A stretch of DNA of 64,000 nt from Clostridia bacterium. GTDB taxonomy: Bacteria > Bacillota > Clostridia > Oscillospirales > Acutalibacteraceae. Location: positions 7,573-71,572 of the forward strand of contig JAGBCU010000009.1 in assembly GCA_017937865.1 (NCBI GenBank), read 5' to 3'. Below are positions 8,623-18,801 of this stretch, in pieces. Made by a program: the position numbers and the translations under genes. The notes beneath the pieces are model-generated. The model saw only the letters and a list, made by a program, of their open reading frames with translations. It was not told the origin of the DNA and made no database searches. Every line of letters starts with the position of its first letter. The first letter of the stretch is position 1.

Positions 8623-11232
8623 ATGAAACTTCTTGTTATAGACGGAAACTCAATTCTTAACCGTGCCTTTTACGGTGTAAGGCTTTTAAGCACTAAGGAC
8701 GGCAGATATACTAACGGTATATTCGGCTTTATGAATATTTTTCTTCATCTTCTTGAAGAATACAAGCCTGATAGTGTTGCCGTTGCTTTTGACGTTAAAG
8801 CACCTACCTTCCGACACGAAATGTACGATGAATATAAAGGTACAAGAAAGCCGGCACCGTCAGAGCTTATAGAGCAATTCCCAACCTTAAAAGAGCTTTT
8901 AGGGTATTTGGGGTATTCTGTAATTGAAAAGCCGGGCTACGAAGCAGACGATATTTTAGGAACTTTATCAGCTGCTTGCGGAAAAGACGATTTTTGCTAT
9001 ATTGCAACGGGTGACCGTGACAGCTTACAGCTTGTAAGAGATAACGTAAACGTTGTTTTAGCAACAACAAAAATGGGTAAATCCGCAACTACGGTTTATG
9101 ACAGAGCTAAGATAAAAGAGGTTTACGGGGTTGAACCCGAGCAGCTTATTGATATAAAAGCTATTCAAGGTGATACGTCTGACAATATCCCCGGTGTTGC
9201 AGGTATCGGTGAAAAGGGTGCTCAAGAGCTTATAGGTAAATTCGGCTCTGTTGATTATATTTATGAAAATATTGAAAATATCGACGTTAAAGCAGGTATT
9301 CGTGCTAAGCTTGAAGCATCAAGAGAGAATGCATTTTTGAGCAAAAAGCTTGGTACAATTTGCCTTGAAGCACCTATAGACCGAAATATAGAAAACTATT
9401 CAATTAAAAGCCCCGACACAGTAAAAGCATCAAATCTTCTTATGTCTTTAGAGATGTCAAAGCTTTTAGCCAGACTTAATTTTGACGAGGAAGAAATTGC
9501 TTCAAAATCAGATGCAAAATCAGTTAAACTCTATGAAGTTACTGATACCGACGAATTCTTAAGTAATTTAAGAGCTACGGGAAAAGCATATTTTACAACG
9601 AAATTCAACAACGGCGGTATTGAATATATTTTATTTAAAACTACCGATGGTGTTGCTCTTGTAGGTAATTATGACTTTATGTTTATGAGCTTTGCTACTG
9701 AATTTTTCTGTGACGAAAGCATCAGTAAATTCACCGACGATTCAAAACAGCTTTACGGCTTTTGTGATGTAAACGGGATTGAGGTCAAGGGCATTGTACT
9801 TGACACCTCTCTTGCGGCTTATCTTCTTAATCCTAATTCATCAGATTATTCTGTAAAAGTTTTAGCAGGGGCGTATTCTTTGTCGCCCGTAAAGATAGAA
9901 GCTGATGATTTAAATGATTTTTATCAGGCAGAAAAAGAATTTGTTGACAGTGCCGCATATATTGAATCCTTAAGCGTCAAGCTTTTCTCTGCAATAAAAG
10001 AAAATGAGCAGGAAAAGCTACTTAATGAAATAGAGCTACCCCTTGCAAGAGTGCTTGCTTCTATGGAGAAAACAGGCTTTTGTGTTGATAAAGAGGGCCT
10101 TGAAAAATATAACGAGAAAATCTCTGCAGAATTAGAAAACAGCCTGAAAAACGTTTACGATATGGCAGGGTGTGAATTTAATCTTAATTCACCTAAACAG
10201 CTTGGCGACGTTTTGTTTTCAGAGGATAAATTAAATCTTCCTCACGGAAAGAAAACTAAAAACGGCTATTCTACTAATGCAGACGTGCTCGAGGGCTTAA
10301 GAGATAAGCATCCGATAATTAACGAAATTCTTCGTTACAGAGGTCTTATGAAGCTCAAATCAACATATTGTGAGGGTCTTTTAAAGGTTATTGATAACGA
10401 TGGCAGAATTCATTCTACCTTAAATCAGACCGAAACAAGAACGGGTAGAATTTCCTCTGCAGAGCCTAATCTTCAGAATATCCCCGTTAGAACAGAGCAG
10501 GGTAGAGAATTAAGAAGATTTTTTATCGCTGATGAAGGGAAAGTCCTTGTCGATGCTGACTATTCACAAATTGAATTGAGAGTTTTAGCGGCTCTCGCTG
10601 ATGATAAAAATATGATTTCCGCTTTCTTAAGCGGTGCTGATATCCATTCTATTACCGCTTCTCAGGTTATGGGTGTAGCTTTAGAGGATGTAACCCCCGA
10701 TGACAGAAGAAAAGCAAAGGCGGTAAACTTCGGTATAGTTTACGGTATCGGTGCATTTTCGCTTTCAAATGATATCGGCGTTTCTGTAACTGAAGCAGAC
10801 AGATATATCAAGGGCTACCTTGCAAATTACAGCGGTGTTGCAGCATTTATGGAAAATGCAAAGAAATCTGCTAAAGAAAAAGGTTATGCCGAAACTTATT
10901 TCGGCAGAAGAAGATATCTTCCCGAGCTTCAGGAGAAAAATGCAATCAGACGTGGCTTCGGTGAAAGAGTAGCTATGAATATGCCTATTCAAGGTACAGC
11001 GGCTGATATTATTAAAATTGCAATGATAAGAGTTTATGAACGCTTAAAAGCAGAATATCCCGAAGCAAAGCTTATTATGCAGGTGCACGATGAGCTTATC
11101 ATTGAAACACCTGAAAAGGATGCTGAAAGTATAGTTTCACTTCTTAAGGATACAATGGAAAATGCTTGTAAGTTAGCTGTTCCGCTTACTGTTGAGGTTG
11201 AAAGCGGAAAGACGTGGTATGATACAAAATGA
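8623..11232 (+). CDS. polA: DNA polymerase I
   Basis: 869 aa. 5'-nuclease N-terminus (LLVIDGNSILNRAFY, GDRDSLQL), polymerase motif A (DADYSQIELRVLA), motif B (RRKAKAVNFGIVYG) and motif C (QVHDEL). Confidence 0.95.
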   Translation: MKLLVIDGNSILNRAFYGVRLLSTKDGRYTNGIFGFMNIFLHLLEEYKPDSVAVAFDVKAPTFRHEMYDEYKGTRKPAPSELIEQFPTLKELLGYLGYSVIEKPGYEADDILGTLSAACGKDDFCYIATGDRDSLQLVRDNVNVVLATTKMGKSATTVYDRAKIKEVYGVEPEQLIDIKAIQGDTSDNIPGVAGIGEKGAQELIGKFGSVDYIYENIENIDVKAGIRAKLEASRENAFLSKKLGTICLEAPIDRNIENYSIKSPDTVKASNLLMSLEMSKLLARLNFDEEEIASKSDAKSVKLYEVTDTDEFLSNLRATGKAYFTTKFNNGGIEYILFKTTDGVALVGNYDFMFMSFATEFFCDESISKFTDDSKQLYGFCDVNGIEVKGIVLDTSLAAYLLNPNSSDYSVKVLAGAYSLSPVKIEADDLNDFYQAEKEFVDSAAYIESLSVKLFSAIKENEQEKLLNEIELPLARVLASMEKTGFCVDKEGLEKYNEKISAELENSLKNVYDMAGCEFNLNSPKQLGDVLFSEDKLNLPHGKKTKNGYSTNADVLEGLRDKHPIINEILRYRGLMKLKSTYCEGLLKVIDNDGRIHSTLNQTETRTGRISSAEPNLQNIPVRTEQGRELRRFFIADEGKVLVDADYSQIELRVLAALADDKNMISAFLSGADIHSITASQVMGVALEDVTPDDRRKAKAVNFGIVYGIGAFSLSNDIGVSVTEADRYIKGYLANYSGVAAFMENAKKSAKEKGYAETYFGRRRYLPELQEKNAIRRGFGERVAMNMPIQGTAADIIKIAMIRVYERLKAEYPEAKLIMQVHDELIIETPEKDAESIVSLLKDTMENACKLAVPLTVEVESGKTWYDTK

Positions 11233-11675
11233 CAGATTTAATTTTTGAAAAAATGACTGAGCAACATATTCCTCGGGTTGCAGAGCTTGAAAAACAGTGC
11301 TTTTCAACCCCTTGGAGTGAAAATGCTCTTTCAGAAGAATTATCAAATAATTTTGCAAGATTCATTGTTGCGTTATCAAATGGGGAGATTGTCGGTTATA
11401 TAGGCTCTCACAACGTTTTAGGTGAGGTTTATATTACAAACGTTGCCGTTTTTCCCGAATACAGAAAAAACGGCTTCGGCGAAGCTCTTATCAAAATGCT
11501 TGTGGAAACAGTGAAAAATGAAAATGCAGATTTTATAACTCTTGAAGTAAGAAAAAGTAATGCTTCTGCAATAAAATTGTACGAAAAATGCGGATTTTGT
11601 GCGGTCGGGGAAAGAAAAAACTTTTATGAAAAGCCGTGCGAGGATGCAATTTTGATGACAAAAAATTTTAATTGA
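11229..11675 (+). CDS. rimI: Ribosomal-protein-alanine N-acetyltransferase (GNAT)
   Basis: 148-aa GNAT fold (VAVFPEYRKNGFGEALI). ATGA overlap with polA, and it lies directly upstream of tsaD, the usual rimI position. Confidence 0.8.
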   Translation: MTDLIFEKMTEQHIPRVAELEKQCFSTPWSENALSEELSNNFARFIVALSNGEIVGYIGSHNVLGEVYITNVAVFPEYRKNGFGEALIKMLVETVKNENADFITLEVRKSNASAIKLYEKCGFCAVGERKNFYEKPCEDAILMTKNFN

Positions 11676-11689
11676 TACGGAGATAGTTT

Positions 11690-12712
11690 ATGAAAATTCT
11701 CGGAATTGAAAGCTCTTGTGACGAAACAGCCGCATCAGTTGTTGAGGACGGCAGAAAAGTGCTTTCAAACGTTATAGCTTCTCAGGTTGAGGAGCATAAA
11801 ATATATGGCGGAGTTGTACCCGAAATCGCTTCAAGGCGACACGCTGAGGCTATATGCGGTGTAGTGGATAAAGCTTTATCTGATGCAGGTTGCACCCTCG
11901 ACGATATAGATGCACTTGCAGTTACTTACGCACCGGGGCTTATCGGAGCTCTCCTCGTAGGTGTAAATTATGCAAAAGGTCTTTCTTATTCAACCGGACT
12001 TCCTCTTGTTCCCGTTCACCATTTAAGAGGTCATATTGCAGCTAATTACATATCTGATGAGAAAATAGAGCCGCCTTTTATTGCACTTGTTGTTTCAGGC
12101 GGTCACAGTCATATAGTTAACGTAAAAAGCTATACTGATTTTGAAATTATAGGCAGAACCCGTGACGATGCAGCGGGTGAGGCGATGGATAAAGCCGCAA
12201 GAACGGTCGGGCTTCCGTATCCCGGTGGCGTTAATCTTGATAAAATATCGGTAAACGGTGACGAAAATAAATATAAATTTCCCGTTCCGAAAATATCAGA
12301 TTCGAAATATGATTTCAGCTTCTCGGGTTTAAAAACCTTTGCTGTAAACCTTGTTCATAATGCATCTCAAAAGGGTGAAGAAATCAAAGCGGAGGATTTA
12401 GGAGCATCTTTTATAAAAGCGGTAACCGATATTCTTGTTGCTCATACTGTTGAGGCTGCCGAAGAATTCGGTGCTAAGAAAATTGTTCTTGCAGGCGGTG
12501 TTTCCGCAAACTCACGTTTAAGAAGAGTTATGACTGAAAAATGCAGGTGTAAAGGTATAGACCTTTATATGCCTGAGCTAAAATATTGCGGTGATAACGG
12601 AGCTATGATTGCATCTCAGGGCTATTATGAATTTATAGCTAAAAAAGATAGCGAAGAATTTCATAATTTATCCTTGAATGCGATTGCAACAAAATCTATA
12701 GATAAGGTGTAA
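11690..12712 (+). CDS. tsaD: tRNA N6-adenosine threonylcarbamoyltransferase
   Basis: ILGIESSCDETAASVV N-terminus, HHLRGHI and SGGHSH motifs. 340 aa. Confidence 0.95.
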   Translation: MKILGIESSCDETAASVVEDGRKVLSNVIASQVEEHKIYGGVVPEIASRRHAEAICGVVDKALSDAGCTLDDIDALAVTYAPGLIGALLVGVNYAKGLSYSTGLPLVPVHHLRGHIAANYISDEKIEPPFIALVVSGGHSHIVNVKSYTDFEIIGRTRDDAAGEAMDKAARTVGLPYPGGVNLDKISVNGDENKYKFPVPKISDSKYDFSFSGLKTFAVNLVHNASQKGEEIKAEDLGASFIKAVTDILVAHTVEAAEEFGAKKIVLAGGVSANSRLRRVMTEKCRCKGIDLYMPELKYCGDNGAMIASQGYYEFIAKKDSEEFHNLSLNAIATKSIDKV

Positions 12713-12814
12713 AAACGCCGAATAATACAAAAAATTATGCAATTCATCATTAACTTTAACAGTTTTTTTGTTATATGTTTGGTAAATATGATAGTATAAT
12801 TTTTGTGAATTTTC

Positions 12815-12843
12815 TTGAATTTCCTTGACGAATATGTTATAAT
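12815..12843 (+). promoter_or_regulatory. Sigma-A-type promoter
   Basis: TTGAAT at 12815-12820, a 17-nt spacer, then TATAAT at 12838-12843. Confidence 0.45.
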
Positions 12844-12894
12844 TCAACCGTATAAGTTTATACTTAACTGTATTATGATTTGGAGGAATCACAA

Positions 12895-14334
12895 ATGAAG
12901 AAAAACTTCAAGAAATCTTTAGCTGTGTTATTGGCTATGTTGATGCTTGTTTCAGTTGTAAGTGTAACTGCTTTTGCTGCTACATACACAATTACATTCC
13001 AGGCAACGTCAAACGCGGATAAAGGCCAAACACAGACAGCAACCCGTACCTTCAGCAAGAAGGGTGATATCATTATCCTTCCTACAAAGGAAGAGTTGAC
13101 GTTTACTCGTGAAGGCTATGACCATGTTGGTTGGTCAACCGGTTCAACAGGTGCTACAAAGCACGGTGACTTCGGTGCTGAATACAAAACAACTAAAGCA
13201 GCAAACTACAAAATGTATCCTGCATGGAAGGCAAAAGTTTTCGAGGTTACATATACAGCAGGTGCTTTTGGTGTAGGTGCAGACGTTGTTGTTGAAGCAA
13301 CATACAACAAAGCTGTTAGAATCAGTGATGCTCTTTTCACCCGTGAAGGCTACACTCAGGTCGGTTGGGCATTGTCCGAAGGCGGCGAACAGGAATACAA
13401 GCTCAATCAGACTGGTGTTAAGTTCGAAGCTGATACAGTTCTTTATCCTGTTTGGGTTAAAGATATTTACAACGTTGAAACAAGCATTAACTCTGCTGAT
13501 TTCGGCTCAGTTTGTATCGGTTACGTAACTCCCGAAAAGAAAACTCTTGTTGTTACTAACAACAGTAACGTTGAGATTTCATATACAGTTCCTACTTCTG
13601 CTAACTACACAATTGTAACATCAGGCTCTTCAACATTGGACGAAGGTGAGTCATTTACAGTTACAATTCAGCCTAAAGCTAACTTAGCAGTAGGTATGTA
13701 CAACGAAACATTAAACTTCGTTGCTAATAAAGATGTTGTTTCTTTCTCAATACCCGCTAAATTCTCTGTCAACGATCACGCATTCGTTAGATATGAATCA
13801 AACGGCGACGCTACATACTCACAGGACGGTACCAAATCAGCTGAATGTCTTAACGGTTGCGGTACTAAAGACACTCTCCCTGACATTGGTTCAATGAAGG
13901 TTTACGGTGCTGAATACAACACAGTTGTAGGTCTTTCAGATGAATATATCTACCACAGAACAGTTCGTTTCACAGCTTACGGTAGCGGTAGCGATTACAA
14001 CGAAGCAGAAACAGTTGACGGTGCATTAAGATACGTTCCTGTTTCATGGTATGTAAATGATGACTTTAACGGCACATTCACAGATAGCTATGACGTTAAC
14101 TTCACTCATACAATTTTCGGTAGCTACACTCTTACTATCGACTATGTTCAGGAAGAGTTTGACGGCGAATCAGGTACATGGGTTCCCACAGGCGAAACTG
14201 ATCAGAAAACATTCGAATACAGTGTAGGTGCAACTGCAGAAGAAAAGCAGGAAATTCAGAGACCTCAGACAATCCTCGGTATTCTCTTCGGTCTTTTCGA
14301 AATGCTCTTCTCTCTTCTCGGTATTGGTGCATAA
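12895..14334 (+). CDS. Cell-surface protein with Listeria/Bacteroides-type (Flg_new) repeats and a C-terminal hydrophobic anchor
   Basis: Signal peptide MKKNFKKSLAVLLAMLMLVSVVSVTAFA. Two REGY..VGW repeat signatures (FTREGYDHVGWS, FTREGYTQVGWA). C-terminal ILGILFGLFEMLFSLLGIGA. GGAGGA RBS before the ATG at 12895. Confidence 0.65.
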   Translation: MKKNFKKSLAVLLAMLMLVSVVSVTAFAATYTITFQATSNADKGQTQTATRTFSKKGDIIILPTKEELTFTREGYDHVGWSTGSTGATKHGDFGAEYKTTKAANYKMYPAWKAKVFEVTYTAGAFGVGADVVVEATYNKAVRISDALFTREGYTQVGWALSEGGEQEYKLNQTGVKFEADTVLYPVWVKDIYNVETSINSADFGSVCIGYVTPEKKTLVVTNNSNVEISYTVPTSANYTIVTSGSSTLDEGESFTVTIQPKANLAVGMYNETLNFVANKDVVSFSIPAKFSVNDHAFVRYESNGDATYSQDGTKSAECLNGCGTKDTLPDIGSMKVYGAEYNTVVGLSDEYIYHRTVRFTAYGSGSDYNEAETVDGALRYVPVSWYVNDDFNGTFTDSYDVNFTHTIFGSYTLTIDYVQEEFDGESGTWVPTGETDQKTFEYSVGATAEEKQEIQRPQTILGILFGLFEMLFSLLGIGA

Positions 14335-14365
14335 TTAATTTAATTATAATACAGTAAAATAAATC

Positions 14366-14396
14366 ATCACCGTTGCAAAGCAACGGTGATTTTTTC
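14366..14396 (+). terminator. Rho-independent terminator
   Basis: ATCACCGTTGC - AAA - GCAACGGTGAT followed by TTTTT. Confidence 0.8.
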
Positions 14397-14476
14397 TTGA
14401 AAAATGATATCCTGTGTGATATATTCGTATTGTATAATTTCACTAAAAAGCATATCTGTTGTTAGCGGGTGGTATA

Positions 14477-15799
14477 ATGAATAAAAATATTATAATAGCG
14501 GGTGGCGGTCATGGCGGTATTGCTGCAGGAGCTCTTCTTGCGAAGAATGGCTTTAACGTAACGGTTTACGAAAAAAACAGCCGTGAAAATATGGGCTATG
14601 ATTGGACTGATATTTTTGCACCTAACGCTCTTTCTGTGGCAGGAATACCTATGCCCGACAAAAGCCTTTATGAATATAAAACAGATATGACTTTTTATTC
14701 AACTAATGAGAAAAAAGCTATCCGTCAAAGAGTGCCGGAAGATGAGCTTGAAATAAAAATGGAACGACGTGATATTTATAATCACATTATTTCATTCGCT
14801 GAAAAATGCGGTGTGAAGTTTGTATATTCCTGTAATATTGAAAAGCCGATTTCAAAAAACGGTAGAGTTATAGGCATTAAAACCGATAAAGGCGATTTTT
14901 ACGGTGATTTGATAATTGATGCCTGCGGTTGCAATTCGCCTGTCAGAACAAATCTTAACCACGGATTAGGTGTACAAAATCAAATGGGAGCTTTTGAGCG
15001 TTTTTACGTTTACAGAGCCTTCTATAACAAAGCGACGGAAAAAGAGATAGAGGATAAATATAAAGTATGTCTTTTTCCCGATAACGTTTTGGGCATTGGT
15101 TGGGTTGCAACTGAAGATGAGTATACTGATTTGCTTATAGGCAGATTTGAGCCGTTCACGCCGGAAGAAGCGAAGGAAAGCGCAGAAAAATTCCGACAGC
15201 GAAACGAAAGCTTAGGCACAGATGTTGTTCGTGGCGGTCAGTTTGTTCAAATCCCCGTAAGGCACACCTTATCCGTTATGGTTGCGGACGGATATGTGGC
15301 AATAGGTGATGCTGCGTTTATGACGGTGCCGATTATCGGCTCCGGTATCGCCAATTCCTTTAAGGCTGCAAAAATATTAGCAGATGCAATAATTGATGAT
15401 GTATCGGGTGAATACACTGCAAAATCACTTTGGAAATATCAGTATAATTATTATAAAGCATTAGGTTCAGGATTGTCGCAATTAGCAACAGTAAAGCTTC
15501 TTTTAACAAGACTAACTCCGAATGAGCTTGACTACATATTTGAAAATGATATATTAACGTGGCGAGAGATGACGATAACCGCAAACAGCACAAGTCTTAA
15601 AAGCTTTATTCATATTGCCTCTGATATGCCCAAAAGAGGAATTGCTATAGTTAAAGATAAAGCATTATTAAAGAAGCTTTTAGGTGTAGGCGAGGATATA
15701 GCTAAAGTTGTTGCAGTATGTCTTTCAATGCCAAAAGCTTATGATAAAGAAAGGGTTTATAAATGGGCAAAGAAATACGATAATATATTTAAAGTATAA
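14477..15799 (+). CDS. FAD/NAD(P)-dependent oxidoreductase (geranylgeranyl-reductase/FixC-like fold)
   Basis: N-terminal dinucleotide-binding motif IIIAGGGHGGIAAGALLAKNGFNVTVYEK and a later GDAA motif (AIGDAAFM). Confidence 0.65.
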   Translation: MNKNIIIAGGGHGGIAAGALLAKNGFNVTVYEKNSRENMGYDWTDIFAPNALSVAGIPMPDKSLYEYKTDMTFYSTNEKKAIRQRVPEDELEIKMERRDIYNHIISFAEKCGVKFVYSCNIEKPISKNGRVIGIKTDKGDFYGDLIIDACGCNSPVRTNLNHGLGVQNQMGAFERFYVYRAFYNKATEKEIEDKYKVCLFPDNVLGIGWVATEDEYTDLLIGRFEPFTPEEAKESAEKFRQRNESLGTDVVRGGQFVQIPVRHTLSVMVADGYVAIGDAAFMTVPIIGSGIANSFKAAKILADAIIDDVSGEYTAKSLWKYQYNYYKALGSGLSQLATVKLLLTRLTPNELDYIFENDILTWREMTITANSTSLKSFIHIASDMPKRGIAIVKDKALLKKLLGVGEDIAKVVAVCLSMPKAYDKERVYKWAKKYDNIFKV

Positions 15800-15800
15800 T

Positions 15801-15841
15801 AAAAAACACTGTTGAATTTTAGTGTGTTCAACAGTGTTTTT
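15801..15841. terminator. Bidirectional terminator
   Basis: AAAACACTGTTGAA pairs with TTCAACAGTGTTTT, flanked by A and T runs, between convergent genes. Confidence 0.75.
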
Positions 15842-15844
15842 ACT

Positions 15845-16957
15845 TTATATAAAGAAAAGCTTTGATGCAACGAGCATTACAACAAGGAAAATAACGTTTA
15901 TAAGAGTAAACATCAAAAAGTATTGCTTACCGTGACCGGGGTAAAGAATTCTGAATTCGCTAAATGTTATGAGGCTTGCAAGCGATGCGATAAGAGTACC
16001 CGTACCGCCAATGTTAACACCCAGTAAAAGAGAATGATAATCGTTTGTAAATTGTGATAAAAGAATCGCAGAGGGAACGTTGCTTATAAACTGACAGGAA
16101 AGGGTAGATACCAAAAGAGCATCCTTTTCAAGAAGAGTAGAGATGAAATCATTTACTACGTCAATTCTCGATAAATTACCGGAGAAAATAAAGAAAAAGA
16201 AGAATGTACCTAAAAGACCGTAATCAACCATCAAAAGAGATTCTCTGTCAACTATAAGAAGTATCAGCGGTATTAAAACGAGTCCAAGCTGATAGGGGAT
16301 AACTCTGAAAACAATAAGTATAGAAAGAGCGAAAAGTATAATGTACAGAACGGTTTTCGGTTTGTTCAGCTTCTCGGGGAATTCTTCTTTGATCGAAAGC
16401 TTTTTAGGCTTCACAAAAAGGCAAGCGATTATAAGCATTGTGATTGCAAGAATAAACGGCGGAAGCATTATTTTGCAGAATTCTGCAGTGGGTATATTGA
16501 AAAATGAATATAAATATAGATTTTGCGGATTACCGAAAGGGGTGAGCATACCGCCTAAATTCGCCGAGATATTTTGAAGAATGAAAAGATACGCCATATG
16601 CTTTTCGTTGTTTGTAGAAGAAAGAGCAAGGTAGCCTAACGGCAAGAAAGTGATAAGAGCCATATCGTTTGCAATTATCATTGAACCTATAAAAGTAATG
16701 CAAATAAGGGTTATGAATAAAGTTCTTAAGTTTCCCGTAATCAAAACGATACGCCTTGCAAGAATTGTAAAGAATTTAATATTCCTTAAAGCACAAACAA
16801 CTGCGAGAGTCAGAAATAAGCAAACGAGCGTTTTCCAATCAAAATATGACAAATATTCTTTATCAGGCGGTACAAAAAAGCAAGTAGCAAGAGCCACAAA
16901 AACCGCAACACAAAAAACTGTGTTCTTTTTTATAAATTTAACAATAGGCATATCCAT
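15845..16957 (-). CDS. Anion/citrate-type permease (ArsB/NhaD/CitMHS superfamily)
   Basis: 370 aa and highly hydrophobic, with at least 10 predicted TM segments. The family assignment comes from overall sequence character only. Confidence 0.5.
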   Translation of the reverse strand: MDMPIVKFIKKNTVFCVAVFVALATCFFVPPDKEYLSYFDWKTLVCLFLTLAVVCALRNIKFFTILARRIVLITGNLRTLFITLICITFIGSMIIANDMALITFLPLGYLALSSTNNEKHMAYLFILQNISANLGGMLTPFGNPQNLYLYSFFNIPTAEFCKIMLPPFILAITMLIIACLFVKPKKLSIKEEFPEKLNKPKTVLYIILFALSILIVFRVIPYQLGLVLIPLILLIVDRESLLMVDYGLLGTFFFFFIFSGNLSRIDVVNDFISTLLEKDALLVSTLSCQFISNVPSAILLSQFTNDYHSLLLGVNIGGTGTLIASLASLITFSEFRILYPGHGKQYFLMFTLINVIFLVVMLVASKLFFI

Positions 16958-17040
16958 TCTCCTTCGGGTGTATCAAACACCCTTAAAAACACTGCTTGAA
17001 ATAATACACCTATTTGGCTTGTTTTTCAAGAGAAAAAGTA

Positions 17041-17083
17041 AAAATAAAAAAGGTATTTGTACTCTTAAAATACAAATACCTTT
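17041..17083 (-). terminator. Rho-independent terminator for the GT10/membrane-protein operon
   Basis: AAAGGTATTTGTA (17049-17061) pairs with TACAAATACCTTT (17071-17083). A T-run follows on the minus strand. Confidence 0.7.
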
Positions 17084-17101
17084 ATGTATATTTAATTAAA
17101 C

Positions 17102-17512
17102 TTAATACATTGTTTTAGAAAGCACGAAGCAAGTCCAAAGAGCAATTACGAATAAACCTTCGGCGGGAATTGCGAGCTTTGTATAAGGGCATTTCCAGCC
17201 TTTGTCAACAAAAAGAAAAATTGTTCTTGTAACGAAAACCGTTGTTGCAAAGAAAAGACCGCCAATCATTGAGTAATAGGGCGTTTTAAGTGCAAGCATA
17301 AGGAATAATAAGAAACCGCCTAAAGCACCTGAAATACCACCGTAATAAACTCGAATTTCTGTAATACCTGCATTATCAACCGGTTTAACTGAAAAGCTTT
17401 CTGCATTCTTCAAGGGTTTTGTGATAAACACAACCGCCATACCGAAGAAATAAAGAATAAGACCAATTGCCGCAACAGCTGCGGGAATATTTGATAACAA
17501 AATCTCTTTCAT
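17102..17512 (-). CDS. Small 4-TM membrane protein of unknown function
   Basis: The ATG at 17512 is preceded by an AAAGGAG RBS. It lies 35 nt downstream of the GT10 gene stop, so the two are probably co-transcribed. Confidence 0.55.
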   Translation of the reverse strand: MKEILLSNIPAAVAAIGLILYFFGMAVVFITKPLKNAESFSVKPVDNAGITEIRVYYGGISGALGGFLLFLMLALKTPYYSMIGGLFFATTVFVTRTIFLFVDKGWKCPYTKLAIPAEGLFVIALWTCFVLSKTMY

Positions 17513-17547
17513 AAAACCATCTCCTTTAAGGGAACTGCATATCAATA

Positions 17548-18528
17548 TTAAATTCCAAGCTTTTTTAATATTCTGTGAGGTATAGACAACATATGCTTGT
17601 TGTATTCTTTCAAATAAGTTTCGTGCCAGCCCGCCCTGTAAAAACGAGGCCTTCTGTACGCTTCTTCTTTATCCTGGTCAAAAATGTGATATAAATAATC
17701 CTCTAATTTCTTAAACATAATGTTTTCGTAGTCGAGCATTTTATATCTGTATTCACATAACATATCAACGTATAAATCATCATTCTGATCGATTTCAATT
17801 ACTTTTTCAACCGCTTTTTCTATAGAATCGTACTGTAAGCAATCAATAAAAGAATTTGTGTTGAAATCATTTGAAATTGTTGGGTCGCCGAAATAGATAG
17901 GTATACTATTAACTCTGAAAGCATCAACGATTTTTTCTGATGTGTATCCCGGATAACAAACACTTTCAGCGGTAATAGAAAATTTGCATTTTTTCATAAG
18001 TTGACGTTTAGTTCTGATTGTATAGATTTCATTGTTGGGCATATTGTTTCTGTGTTTTCCGGCACATTCAACTCTTTTGTATTTTTGCAGCAGCTCTAAA
18101 ATTTGCTCGCGTTTACCCAACGCTGTATCATGACCGAAAATATAATTACAGAAATACTCTTTGCTATGTAATTCTTTTACAGCTTCGTCGTGCGATAATG
18201 GCTTATCTGAAGCAAAGATACCTGTATCACTCCATAAAAAAAGAGGAAATCTAAAGCTTCTGTCACCGAACTCTATATTATCATAACCGATGAAGTAATC
18301 AATTGCATTAAAATCTGCACTAAGAAATTCACCGGTATACATAATTCTGGGACAATCGTATTTCATATATTCGTAAGGATTACCCAGAGGGGAGCAAATA
18401 ACAAAATCAGGATTTTGAGAATCTAAAACAACGTTATATCGCTTCTTTAAAATATACATAAACATATTGTCTTCAAAATTAAAGGATTTCCAAAACCCTG
18501 TAAAATATATTTTTACCGTTTTCATCAA
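17548..18528 (-). CDS. Glycosyltransferase family 10 (alpha-1,3/4-fucosyltransferase-like)
   Basis: The segment CKFSITAESVCYPGYTSEKIVDAFRVNSIPIY matches the GT10 donor-binding motif (F..FENS...GY.TEK..DA). The N-terminal FxxFW pattern YFTGFWKSFNFEDNMF also resembles bacterial FutA/FutB. Confidence 0.7.
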   Translation of the reverse strand: MMKTVKIYFTGFWKSFNFEDNMFMYILKKRYNVVLDSQNPDFVICSPLGNPYEYMKYDCPRIMYTGEFLSADFNAIDYFIGYDNIEFGDRSFRFPLFLWSDTGIFASDKPLSHDEAVKELHSKEYFCNYIFGHDTALGKREQILELLQKYKRVECAGKHRNNMPNNEIYTIRTKRQLMKKCKFSITAESVCYPGYTSEKIVDAFRVNSIPIYFGDPTISNDFNTNSFIDCLQYDSIEKAVEKVIEIDQNDDLYVDMLCEYRYKMLDYENIMFKKLEDYLYHIFDQDKEEAYRRPRFYRAGWHETYLKEYNKHMLSIPHRILKKLGI

Positions 18529-18632
18529 AGCATCTCCTTTAAGGGTATTGTACTATAGATTCGAGGGGAATGCAAGGTGTAGTAAAATTATGGTATATGA
18601 TTGTGTAAAATTAAATAAAATGTGTTAAAAAA

Positions 18633-18798
18633 TGAAATCGTGCAAAGCACGACGAAATCCAAGCAAGCTTGGATGAAATCTTCGGCTACGCCTCAGATGA
18701 AATTAAATCCACCCATCCGCCGTCGAGGCGGATTTCACCCAACGAAGTTGGATTTCATCGTCGAAGACGATTTCACCCACCCGCAAGGGTGGATTTAG
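18633..18798. repeat. Array of seven short stem-loops with mirrored 7-mer linkers (4x TGAAATC-like, then 4x GATTTCA-like)
   Basis: Hairpins at 18638-18652, 18657-18674, 18678-18698 (imperfect), 18715-18733, 18739-18751, 18757-18771 and 18777-18792. Forward linkers start at 18633, 18653, 18674 and 18698. Reverse linkers start at 18731, 18751, 18769 and 18792. Confidence 0.7.
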
Positions 18799-18801
18799 TT
18801 G

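Noticed and set aside
18705-18796. DnaA-box-like sequences (AAATCCACC and GGTGGATTT) suggesting a replication origin
   Set aside because: Each matches only 6/9 positions of TTATCCACA. There is no dnaA/dnaN context and no AT-rich unwinding element arrangement. The resemblance comes from the hairpin stems.
18633-18798. Hairpin array as a CRISPR array, tRNA cluster or degenerate tmRNA/tRNA fragments
   Set aside because: The conserved parts are only 7 nt long, and the variable parts are self-complementary stems rather than spacers. There is no cloverleaf or T-loop (GTTCGAATC-like) signature. I report it as an unexplained repeat instead.
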